From: Octopus sinensis
Taxonomy: Eukaryota
Assembly (NCBI RefSeq): GCF_006345805.1
Contig: NC_043001.1
Location: forward strand, 53,382,001 to 53,446,000
Length of the DNA: 64,000 bases
Reading direction: 5' to 3'
In this document: in pieces, positions 1 to 11,800 of the stretch
Position numbering within the stretch: the stretch's first letter is position 1
How the letters are laid out: the number at the start of each line of letters is the position of its first letter
Translations under genes and position numbers: made by a program
The notes under the pieces: model-generated
What the model was told of the DNA's origin: nothing
Databases searched by the model: none
What the model saw: only the letters and a program-made list of their open reading frames with translations

Positions 1-572
1 AGGAAAATAATATTTCGAGTGATATTGGTATTCTATTTCAATGACCTAAAAGCTACTAAACAAGACACTGATTTACTATCCCATTATATGCATGGAGCTA
101 AGTATCTGGTGCATCTGAACTCTCCCCTTTCATTGTTGACTAAAGGAGAAACGTTAATTTCCAAATAATTTCAAAACGGTATTGCTTCGAAAAATGCCTT
201 AAAAATTTAGAGAGCTTGATAAGGTCGTCATCTGAATGAAATTTCAACATCGAGTATAGTCAGCTGAAAACCAGAAACGAAATGGAATTCGTGAGAATAA
301 ACCAGTTATTTATACAGGTGTCGCTAATAATGTTAAATGAAGATTGTACAAAAGGTTTCCTAGATAGGTCTCGTAAAATATCATGATATTTCTTCAGACA
401 GTAAAGAAATATATAACAGCGATTAAGCATACAATTCCGAAGATCTGGTGTATGAAACAGAATCCAGCAGTAATTATATGCATTTCTTTTATAAGACATT
501 AAGCAGAATTTAAGATTTGTATGCTGAGCTGTGCATATTACCTTTTGAATTTTGCTCAAAGAACAGATATGC

Positions 573-610
<38 letters not shown>

Positions 611-686
611 ATATACATGTACAACGTAATTAGAACGATTAATTATATATACAATATATGCAAATGGATATATAGATTACATAGAT

Positions 687-726
<40 letters not shown>

Positions 727-731
727 TTGTG

Positions 732-760
<29 letters not shown>

Positions 761-762
<2 letters not shown>

Positions 763-812
763 CACATTGTTTTCTATTTGTATCACTATCTTAGAAAGCC
801 ATATACATTCCT

Positions 813-870
<58 letters not shown>

Positions 871-894
871 TATATATATGTGTGTGTGTTTGTG

Positions 895-927
<33 letters not shown>

Positions 928-980
928 CACATTGTTTTCTATTTGTATCACTATCTTTAGAAAGCCATATACATTCCTCC

Positions 981-982
<2 letters not shown>
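761..982. repeat. Tandem duplication (period ~165 bp) of a ~56 bp unique core embedded in (TA)n/(TG)n
   Basis: atcacattgttttctatttgtatcactatcttagaaagccatatacattcctccat occurs at 761-816 and again at 926-982 with a 1-nt difference. Confidence 0.9.
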
Positions 983-1017
<35 letters not shown>

Positions 1018-1844
1018 ATATTATAATATATATATATAACATATATATATGACATGGAGTGCCATAGTGTGTACATATAGAAATATATATATACATATGT
1101 TACTTATATAATACGTACGTATACATGTATATGTGTGCATGTATGCGTGTGTGTTGTTATATCGGTGAATAGTCAAATGTTTTGCCGATTAATCACACGC
1201 ACTTTAAACTAGTTCTTCTCTACAGCTTTATTATTATTCTTACTTTAGTGTCTATAAATGAAATCTTTCGTCGCCCATTCTGCGACGTCTTCTTTGGCTC
1301 TACACCTGGGGTGGAGAATCGCTGAAGATGTCACAGGTGTATGACAAAGCTTTCAGACAAAGGACACTAAAGTGAGAATGATAATAAAGCTGAAGTAAAG
1401 AACAATTATTTAGTGCGTCTGATTAACTGGCAAAGATTATGACCATCCCCAAACATAACAATATATGTTTCATCACACAAGTTCACATCAGGAATCTCGC
1501 AAAAAAATACGGGAATGTATATGTGGATGATTGCCTTCATACATGTATTTATCAGTAGTTTGTACAGATACTCTAACTGCTTGCACACTAAATATCATAT
1601 AAAATTATCCCAATATTTTGTTAAATATCTTGCATCATTTTAGCACCGAAGCTCTTATATACAACCCATACGCATGTCCTCAGCCACTCACACATTTACG
1701 CACAACCATGATTTGATGCATGTGTATATGTGTGTAGATGTGTGTATATATATATTTGTAAATACCATGTGTGTATATGTATGTGTATATATACTATATA
1801 CCAACTTATGTCCAGTTGATATATATAAAGATATATATAATTTA

Positions 1845-2165
1845 AAATAATAAGGGTGAGAAACTAAATTTTAGTTTGATTAATATCAATTTAAAACCAG
1901 TGGTCTAGCATATTAAAATCTGAAGATTTATATTTGCAAAGACGATTATACTGATGAGTTACGGACAATTACGTAAGTAATTACGTAATTGGTAATAACG
2001 AAATTGTTTTGTGATTAATCTATATTTTGTTTCTTCTCATTTGTCTTGCTCGCTTACGTTCTGGCGTTTACTGAATTTTCTTGGGAAAATTCCGTTCTTA
2101 GTAGTAAGACTATAGATGATCTACTACTAGCATAATGGATGTCCACGTAGTGGTCCAATCGCTTA
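1845..2165 (+). mobile_element. Short non-coding element carrying a hammerhead ribozyme (probable non-autonomous Penelope-derived or retrozyme-like element)
   Basis: Complex ~320 bp island between microsatellites that contains a complete hammerhead core. Boundaries and class are inferred. Confidence 0.45.
1947..2024 (+). ncRNA. Type I hammerhead ribozyme motif
   Basis: Core CTGATGA 1951-1957. Stem II GTTA/TAAC (1958-1961/1996-1999), capped by an 11-bp hairpin CAATTACGTAA-gtaa-TTACGTAATTG. GAAA 2000-2003. Stem III A-T, T-A, T-A, G-T. AUC triplet 2018-2020. Stem I TATA/TATA (1947-1950/2021-2024). Confidence 0.7.
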
Positions 2166-2555
2166 CATATATATATATATACATTCTGCTACGTGCACAC
2201 AGACGCACACACACACACACACACATGTATATATATATAAAAAGAAGAACGAAAATGCTACTTATTTAAATTAGGTGCATTCAATTCCTTTATATGATAC
2301 ATTTAAAAATGTTTTTGTTTTACATGCTTCGGTTGTTGAAAAACCTTATCAAAAATATGAGCTAAAATGGAATATGTAGAGAAAAATGTTATAAATAAAC
2401 TTATTTAGATAAACGTTCATAGAGCACTTTTCTTTTTCCTGCAAGAGCACGTCGTAATTTCCTTTAATTTTCATGACATTACTGTGATGGTAAATTACTT
2501 ATACATACATGTGTGTGTGTGTGCGTCTATATGTCTATATATATATATATATATA

Positions 2556-2608
<53 letters not shown>

Positions 2609-3761
2609 TTATACATATATATATTTACTTATTTTCCGGCCCATTCAATTGGTATATTTGGGAAGTGTGAAATTTGTAGCTGCCTTAAGTGAGTTGGTTT
2701 AATGTTTGTCGTAAGTGTAGTGGAACTGAAGTTACATCAGTTACAAAATTCATATCGACATATAAAATACAAGCAGCCGGCCAGGCACAGAAACTCTTAC
2801 TCATTAACTGACACACTAAAATATATTATTTAACGTAAATATGTATTTCAGAAAAGTAGGATTTCTGTTGAGTTAGCGCTACTATCATGGGTCTCTATTA
2901 CAACAGGTTGGCTTCAAATCTGAAAGACACACACAATAACATAATTACTTCCATAAATATTCACGTAAACACAGTTGTCAACATATAAATATACAATTCA
3001 AACTATGAAAATTTTGGAAGTAAGACGAAAATACGCTATGCAAGAAAAAAGTGGTATTGATGCTTCCTTCATATCTGTTCTACTCTGAATACGATTTATA
3101 CATATGAACGTCCATACTTTTCATACATAATACTTACACACTAGACACACTCGGATATATAACTGATCCATTAACAGTAATTGTTTACAAAGTTTTCCTC
3201 ACGTAATTCAGATGCAGATGTAACGAAGAGGCCATGATTTCGACAAGCTTAGGACACTAGATTTTGCTAAGAATTTGTCATTAACATCGTTCATGTATGA
3301 ATCAATGAAATTTTCCTACTCATACATCATAAAAGTCAATAAAGTTTGACATATATATATAAATCGTTGTCATTTATTTACAACCTTGACTACCATTCAT
3401 TTATCAATCTAATTACAGGAGAGATCTTCAACAATTAATGAATTTATATTGCTTTAACCTCAATAAAATACGAAAACAATTTTCGCAAAATTTGTTAGAT
3501 TTTTTAATCTTTGGATCTAATTAAACAAGTTAATTTCAAATATAAAATTAACTGTTCTTTCTATATGCGGCTATGTCAAATATACTGAACGCATATATCT
3601 ATGTATTTATTACTTACTTTATTGCATTTCAAACGCTGTCATTTTTGAAGAGACGTGTATACTAATAACAATATATTTTTGATAACATACATACCTGCAG
3701 TTACCTCATATATTCCTATTTAAACGTGCATATATATAGATACATACATACGTATACATAC

Positions 3762-3794
<33 letters not shown>

Positions 3795-3882
3795 CGTGTG
3801 TAGATATAAATATGTTTGTATGTATGTGTGTATGTATGTGTATGTATGTATGTATGCATTTACATACATTCTTGCATATATT

Positions 3883-4696
3883 AGTTCGTCTGTCCTTGTC
3901 GACGATTACCAATAATATCACAAGCGAGAACACGGAGCACTGTGTATCCGGAAACCGTTGAGACCAATGCGTACTCGAAAGGCTCTGGACTTACGCAGAT
4001 CACGTATTCCTTGTGCCTCTGCAATCTATATTGGGGGGGGGGTAAAACCTCGCTAGGCGCAGGTTCGCCAGACAGAGTGGTCGTGCAGTTGCGCTTCCCA
4101 GGTATCGAGAATGATCTCGAACCTCTTCAGTGAGAATTTGATTGTATAATTGAATCCTTTTTGCTGTCCACTTACTGTGTATTTCCCTTCTATTAATTTG
4201 CTGTAAAACAGCCTCTTAGGGAGTTGTGTGTGACGCATTCGAGAAGATGTCTGCGCACTCTCTTTAGCAGTGGATAAACGTTTGGCAGACCAGCCCCGTG
4301 TCTGGGACCTTCTCTTGTTTTGCGAAATCCTGCCCAAGATATTCATGTGGAAGCGGTTTAGCTTTTGGTGTGCTGTGGCTCTACTCTGCAACATTAACTT
4401 ACGTACCCACTCGGATGTTGAGTTTCCAATGGCAATGAGTGTGTCGACTTCAGGGTCGACGTTCACAGATCAGGAGAGTGTGCTACAGAGGTAGCTGGTT
4501 TGCTATAAGTCTTCTGTAGGGTACGTTGGTAGATGACCACTGCCTTCAATGTACTGATTGTGCGACCACATTTTTCCGAGCACTGGAAAATCAGTTACTG
4601 CTCTACTGCATCATGGATTTTTGTGACGGTACTGAGCGCCAAGTGGTCTCCAAACAGAGAGCCATCTACCACATTGGTCTTGACATGTATCCTCTT
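3883..4696 (-). mobile_element. RTE/BovB-like LINE, 3' part (RT C-terminal half and 3' tail), decayed
   Basis: The minus strand reads RIHVKT..SLFGDHLAL (FADD region), RMRHTQLPKRLFYSKLIEGKYTVSGQQKGF..WEAQLHDHSVWR and RAFRVRIGL. It ends in an RTE-type tail ggtaatcgtcgacaaggacagacgaac. Confidence 0.85.
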
Positions 4697-4699
4697 AGG

Positions 4700-5132
4700 A
4701 CATGGAAGATTAACATCTGCTAGAAAGTCAGTGAGGCTGCAGAGAGGGATATGAAATATTCTTCAGGATTTGTGCCGCTCGTCCATTTTAGGATGTGTTG
4801 ACATAAGAACAGGGACCTATACTCAACGTTTGGAGACCTAACCAAGGCGTCATTTCCGAGGGGTTTGGGATTATCATAAGGAAACTCGGCTGCCCAGACA
4901 AATTCATCAGTATGCTTCAACTGTTCCACGTCGGCTTACTCGCTTGAATCCTGGGCAATGAGGATTATTTCGACGCATTTCCAGTCAGTAACAGAGTGAA
5001 ACTGCGTGTGAATTCGTACCTATGCTGTTCAACATGATGTTCTCAGCCACATTGTCGGTTGCTTTCTGTAGTGACGACGAAACCGGCATCAAGATCAGAT
5101 TGAGGATTCGTGGCAGACTCTTCAACTTACGC
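4700..5132 (+). mobile_element. Inverted 5' segment of the same RTE/BovB element (RT N-terminal half)
   Basis: The plus strand reads HLLESQ*GCREG, KNRDLYSTFGDLTKA, KLGCPDKFISMLQLFH, DAFPVSNRVK and LFNMMFSATL..GIKIRLRIRGRLFNLR. Confidence 0.85.
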
Positions 5133-5134
5133 AA

Positions 5135-5179
<45 letters not shown>

Positions 5180-5660
5180 CTGATTGCAAGTTCAGGTTTA
5201 CACCTGTAATAATGGAGATTGTGTGATATGTAGCAAACTGCCGATCTTGAGAAATCACTGGTCTTAAGAATTACCTTTCTCAAAACCAGAAAGGAGAAAA
5301 CCAATTTGAAGTTTACAGACTAAAGCAGTCAATGGTACTATAAAATTTGCAAAACTTTCCAGTTTAGCATTTATGTATACGGTTGACATGCAACTATATG
5401 AATGAGAATGCATACATAAAACAAAACTTACGAGTCTGCACATGCGCAGAGTCCAAAGTTGCACATACACATATATGTACATGCACAAATACCCTGTTGA
5501 TGTTATTTAAATTTCATTGAAGAAAGCTTGGATCTGGGTTACAAACTTGGTCTTTCTCTAATAGCAAAGCAATATGAAATATAGCTGAATAATAGCATAC
5601 ATGAGCTAGGAATATATTGAAATACAAGTATTTATAAGTGCACTACCAGACGGACATATA

Positions 5661-5710
<50 letters not shown>

Positions 5711-6479
5711 TTTTGTATAATCATGTGTGTTGACATGACTGTATGGTTTATCTTCGCGTGAAGATGTACATTCCCATAATAGCAAAGTTTATATCTACTT
5801 TTTGTTTGTTTCCCCTTTATATCTTTGCATTCGCTTTTAACTTTAAGTTAAGACATTCTGTCAACAGTTTGGTTCAGTACGATCCTCTGATATATTACCT
5901 GGATAATATATCTGATCTAAGTAATATTTTTATGACAGCACTTATTACTGTCTTATTTTTTTGTTTGTTTAGTTTATACAACTTCCTCGGAATTTACTCT
6001 TTCGTTATCCACTATATTATGTAAACAAATTCTCTACTCAGTTATAGATTGAACGGCTTTGATTTGAAGAATAACTGTTGATTGTGAATCACTGTGCGGC
6101 TTCTATCGCATCATTCATTTACCTGTCACGACACACTTTCAACTATGATGTCATATGTTTTCCTGTGTCGCACCCGCACTTTTTCAAACCTTTCTCAACA
6201 TAGACATACGGAGAGAGATAAAAACAAAATGAAGCGGAACAATACGACTCCAATGCATACACGCACGCACACACACAAACACACACGTACACACATATGC
6301 TCACACAAATTTGCACGTACACACACACACACTCGCACGGGCACATACATACACACACACACACACATATATGGATGTGTATACATAGATCCTCAATGGT
6401 TGTAATACTTCTAAGCTCATTCTTATAACAACTCTCTTAATCATAACGTAAGAGTCAAGGAAAAAAATATAAAATTGCG

Positions 6480-6690
6480 CGAAATAAATCATGTCCCGTA
6501 TATATATTTATGACTTACATCATCTTAAGCACTTTATCCCTAAACAGTTTTACTCCTTCTGTTTTATCCCCTCTCAATCCCTTCTGTCGAAGAGCGTAGG
6601 CTGAAAACGTCAAATACTGTTAAACCAATACCAGTACACCTGCTTTTTGCTCCTTCAATAGTCTTCAGCTTTTATTTTTTTGTTGTTGAC
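6480..6690 (+). mobile_element. Decayed 3' end of a Penelope-like repeat
   Basis: ctgtcgaagagcgtaggct..aaacgt resembles a degenerate hammerhead-like terminal motif (GAGC-gtag-GCT stem). Family assignment is from recall only. Confidence 0.3.
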
Positions 6691-6721
6691 TTAAATATAT
6701 ATATATATATATATAATATAT

Positions 6722-6767
<46 letters not shown>

Positions 6768-6884
6768 ATTATATATATATATGTATATGGATATATAATA
6801 TATATTGATAGAAATAGCATGACAACAAAAGAATGATAGAGACCTCAGTATTATGTAAATAGAGGAATTTATCTGTAAGTATAA

Positions 6885-7071
6885 TATGTGGCAATTATTC
6901 GGTAGCCATACTAAAGCTCCGAGTTTCGGATGTCGAGGCGGAAAACCATGCCGGCATCTCTTTGGTTATTGGGCCATCGACAAAATGCTGTAGCCCGAAA
7001 ACTGTCGTGGGTTTCTGCTGCGACATCCGAAGCTCGGAGTTTTATCATGGCTACCGAAACATTGTCACATA
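6885..7071. mobile_element. MITE-like foldback element
   Basis: atgtggcaattattcggtagccatactaaagctccgagtttcggatgtcg (6886-6935) pairs with cgacatccgaagctcggagttttatcatggctaccgaaacattgtcacat (7021-7070). Imperfect pairing continues inward. Confidence 0.75.
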
Positions 7072-7123
7072 ATATATATACAAATATATATGCATACACA
7101 CATAACTATATATGTATGTATGT

Positions 7124-7159
<36 letters not shown>

Positions 7160-7627
7160 GTATATATGTGGTCATTGGTTTCACGCCGACCATTTATTAC
7201 TCTTAACAATATAGATGTCGGATCTGCTGACCGAAAGCACCTAACTTCTTCACTAATGTTGGTAAGAAACAGTCTTTGTTTGTCTGCGATGTTACGCATT
7301 AATATAAAGTCTTCATCCTTTCCTCACATTGAGATGATTTTGTGTGTTTGTGTATGTGTGTGTATGTGTATGTTCGTATGTACATATATATATATATATA
7401 TATATAATATATATATAATATATATATATAATATATATATATATATACATACATATATATACATATATATATACAAATATATATACATGTATATATACGC
7501 ATATGCGTATGTATCTATGTATGTATATATATACACATATACATATAGATAAATAAATATATATACATACATTCATACATACATACATACTTACATATAT
7601 TTATATACATACATATATATATATATC

Positions 7628-7724
<97 letters not shown>

Positions 7725-8541
7725 ACAAGATGGGAAAGGCAAGGGAATTCATGGGGATATATATCTCAAATTAATTTGCATTTTTATGAATATTCCTTGT
7801 TTAGCCGGAATATTAATTGATGGTTTTCTTACTCTCACGCCCCCACAAGGCAAATTTCTAATTATAATTCGTTTTTTTTATGAGATTGGTAGATCAGATG
7901 TGAGAGACATTTGTTAAGTGTAAGATAGCTATCTTTTGTAATTTGAATCACTTTTCTAAATATATAAAGATAATTGTGCGTATGTGTGTGCAGAACGTAT
8001 ATATATGTTTGTGTGTTTGTGTATGTATGTACATGCCCGTGTGTGTGTAGGCATAACATATTCAAGTAGGTACAGTTAAAGAATTCAAATATAATCAACG
8101 TCGTAGCTAACCACATCGAATAAGACAGAATAACCTAAGACTCTTTAAATTAAACAATCCTAATGTATTTTACCCGATGGTAGTTCCTTGGTTCCCTCGT
8201 TGGATTATAAGCAGTCTACTGAGTGTATACCGAAGACGAAATAGATAAGGAGAATTATACAACTACTCAGTTTTGTTACCTTCATTTACATACTATATAC
8301 CCTTAAACTTCTGCCGAATATGTGTTTCTGCTGCATGGACATCTCGCTCTATGGTGTTGGTTTCCATCATCTTGCATTTGTCTTGCTGACCTACATTTCT
8401 TCTTTTGCTCATTTGGAATGGGTAGATATTTTTTATCGGATTCATCTTAATACATCAGATTCTCGACCTTTAGTCGAACTCGTGTTTGTGACCTGATAAT
8501 GTCCAATCACAAAGATCACAATATCTACACACGCACCCAGA

Positions 8542-8596
<55 letters not shown>

Positions 8597-8732
8597 CCTT
8601 CTCTCTCTCTCTCTCTTCCATCGCATTCTCTCTCTCCTCCTTTCTCTCTTTCTCTCTGTATATATAAATAGATAGACTGATAGATATATAGATAGATAAA
8701 TAGATAACCATGTATACATACATACTCCATAC

Positions 8733-8820
<88 letters not shown>

Positions 8821-8824
<4 letters not shown>

Positions 8825-11800
8825 CAACAATTGAGGGCAAAATTAATTAATTATTAATCAATTTCACCAAGTGTTCAGTATGCAAAGGGACCATTCAAGG
8901 CGAATTCAAATTATTACATTATATAAAAGGGCTTAGTAAAATAAATTACTTTGCCGCATACTGAACTCATTAGAAATAGCAGCTAAAAAACTTTTTTAAG
9001 GCTATTTCTAATACTTAAAGAAAATCTTCTCTCATATATAGTGTTTGCTTAATTCAACTCACAAAAGTTTGGGGGTAAGGACATCGAAAAATCAAATGCT
9101 AAGGTTATTCGAGAACGTACGTTTCAAGATTAGTCAAAACAACATTTCTATCATCGGCTCAAAATTCCTTGTTTGGATTTGGAAACACTGAAAATAAGAC
9201 ATACCCTTTCGAAGATCTGCTTCCAACTAACAGTGCCAACAAATTCAAAATAAGCAAGCGAAGAATCTCTGTTCTCCCCTTTCCACCAGCGTGGGTTAAA
9301 ATCATCAACACTATGCTTATTTCGGTAAAATCCGAAGCATTAATCAGAGGGAGATTAATTTAATTTCAACAATTGAGGGCAAAATTAATTAATTATTAAT
9401 CAATTTCACCAAGTGTTCAGTATGCAAAGGGACCATTCAAGGCGAATTCAAATTATTACATTATATAAAAGGGCTTAGTAAAATAAATTACTTTGCCGCA
9501 TACTGAACTCATTAGAAATAGCAGCTAAAAAACTTTTTTAAGGCTATTTCTAATACTTAAAGAAAATCTCTCTCATATTAGTGTTTGCTTAATTCAACTC
9601 ACAAAAGTTTGGGGGTAAGGACAATCGAAAAATCAATGCTAAGGTTATTCGAGAACGTACGTTTCAAGATTAGTCAAAACAACATTTCTATCATCGGCTC
9701 AGAAATTCCTTGGTTTGGATTTGGAAACACTGAAAATAAGAACATACCCTTTCGAAGATCTGCTCCCAACTAACAGTGCCAACAAATTCAAAAAAGCAAG
9801 CGAAGAATCTCTGTTCTCCCTCTTTCTCTTTCACCAGCGTGGGTTAAAATCATCAACACTATGCTTATTCGGTAAAATCCGAAGCATTAATCAGAGGAGA
9901 TTAATTATAATTTCATAATCAACAATTGAGGGCAAAATTAATTAATTATTAATCAATTTCACCAAGTGTTCAGTATGCAAAGGACCATTCAAGGCGAATT
10001 CAAATATTACATTATATAAAAGGGCTTAGTAAAATAAATTACTTTGCCGCATACTGAACTCATTAGAAATAGCAGCTAAAAAACTTTTTTAAGGCTACTT
10101 TAATACTTAAGAAAATCTCTCTCATATATAGTGTTTGCTTAATTCAACTCACAAAAGTTTGGGGGTAAGGACATCGAAAATCAAATGCTAAGGTTATTCG
10201 AGAACGTACGTTTCAAGATTAGTCAAAACAACATTTCTTTCTATCATCGGCTCAGAAATTCCTTGGTTGGATTTGGAAACCACTGAAAATAAGAACATAC
10301 CCTTTCGAAGATCTGCTCCCAACTAACAGTGCAACAAATTCAAAATAGCAAGCGAAGAATCTCTGTTCTCCCCTTTCCACCAGCGTGGGTTAAAATCATC
10401 AAACACTATGCTTATTTCGGTAAAATCCGAAGCATTAATCAGAGGAGATTAATTAATTTCAACAATTGAGGGCAAAATAATTAATTATTAATCAATTTCA
10501 CCAAGTGTTCAGTATGCAAAGGGACCATTCAAGGCGAATTCAAATTATTACATTAATAAAAGGGCTTAGTAAATAAATTACTTTGCCGCATACTGAACTC
10601 ATTAAAATAGCAGCTAAAAAACTTTTTTAAGGCTATTTCTAATACTTAAAGAAATCTCTCTCATATATAGTGTTTGCTTAATTCAACTCACAAAAGTTTG
10701 GGGGTAAGGACATCGAAAAATCAAATGCTAAGGTTATTCGAGAACGTACGTTTCAAGATTAGTCAAAACAACATTTCTATCATCGCTCAGAAATTCCTTG
10801 GTTTGGATTTGGAAACACTGAAAATAAGAACATACCCTTTCGAAGATCTGCTCCCAACTAACAGTGCCAACAATTCAAAATAAGCAAGCGAAGATCTCTG
10901 TTTCTCCCTTCCCTTTCCACCAGCGTGGGTTAAAATCATCAAACACTATGCTTATTTCGGTAAAATCCGAAGCATTAATCAGAGGGAGATTAATTATATT
11001 TCAACAATTGAGGGCAAAATTAATTAATTATTAATCAATTTCACCAGTGTTCAGTATGCAAAGGGCCATTCAAGGCGAATTCAAATTATTACATTATATA
11101 AAAGGGCTTAGTAAAATAAATTACTTTGCCGCATACTGAACTCATTAGAAATAGCAGCTAAAAAACTTTTTTAAGGCTATTTCTAATACTTAAAGAAAAT
11201 CTCTCTCATATATAGTGTTTGCTTAATTCACTCACAAAAGTTTGGGGGTAAGGACATCGAAAAATCAAATGCTAAGGTTATTCGAGAACGTACGGTTTCA
11301 AGATTAGTCAAAACAACATTTCTATCATCGGCTCAGAAATTCCTTGGTTTGGATTTGGAAACACTGAAAATAAGAACATACCCTTTCGAAGATCTGCTCC
11401 CAACTAACAGTGCCAACAAATTCAAAATAAGCAAGCGAAGAATCTCTGTTCTCCCCTTTCCACCAGCGTGGGTTAAAATCATCAAACACTATGCTTATTT
11501 CGGTAAAATCCGAAGCATTAATCAGAGGGAGATTAATTATAATTTCAACAATTGAGGGCAAAATTAATTAATTATTAATCAATTTCACCAAGTGTTCAGT
11601 ATGCAAAGGGACCATTCAAGGCGAATTCAAATTATTACATTATATAAAAGGGCTTAGTAAAATAAATTACTTTGCCGCATACTGAACTCATTAGAAATAG
11701 CAGCTAAAAAACTTTTTTAAGGCTACTTCTAATACTTAAAGAAAATCTCTCTCATATATAGTGTTTGCTTAATTCAACTCACAAAAGTTTGGGGGTAAGG

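Noticed and set aside
1-520. Possible decayed RTE RT C-terminus or host exon at the window start
   Set aside because: There is only vague motif resemblance, multiple stops in all frames and no confident assignment.
521-1096. Long ORFs of YI/CV/HT repeats, here and throughout the ORF track
   Set aside because: They are translations of (TA)n/(TG)n microsatellites, not genes.
1322-1350. CTGAAGA-TGTCA-loop-TGACA, resembling the start of a hammerhead
   Set aside because: The following GAAA is absent (AAGC) and no stem I can be formed.
1500-1550. YVDDCL reverse-transcriptase-like motif
   Set aside because: It is an isolated 6-aa match with no other RT motifs recognisable around it.
8541-8820. 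Left and right flanks of the array look like loose mirror images ((TC)n..(CA)n(TA)n versus (TA)n(TG)n..(GA)n)
   Set aside because: The similarity is almost entirely low-complexity and such runs are ubiquitous in this window.
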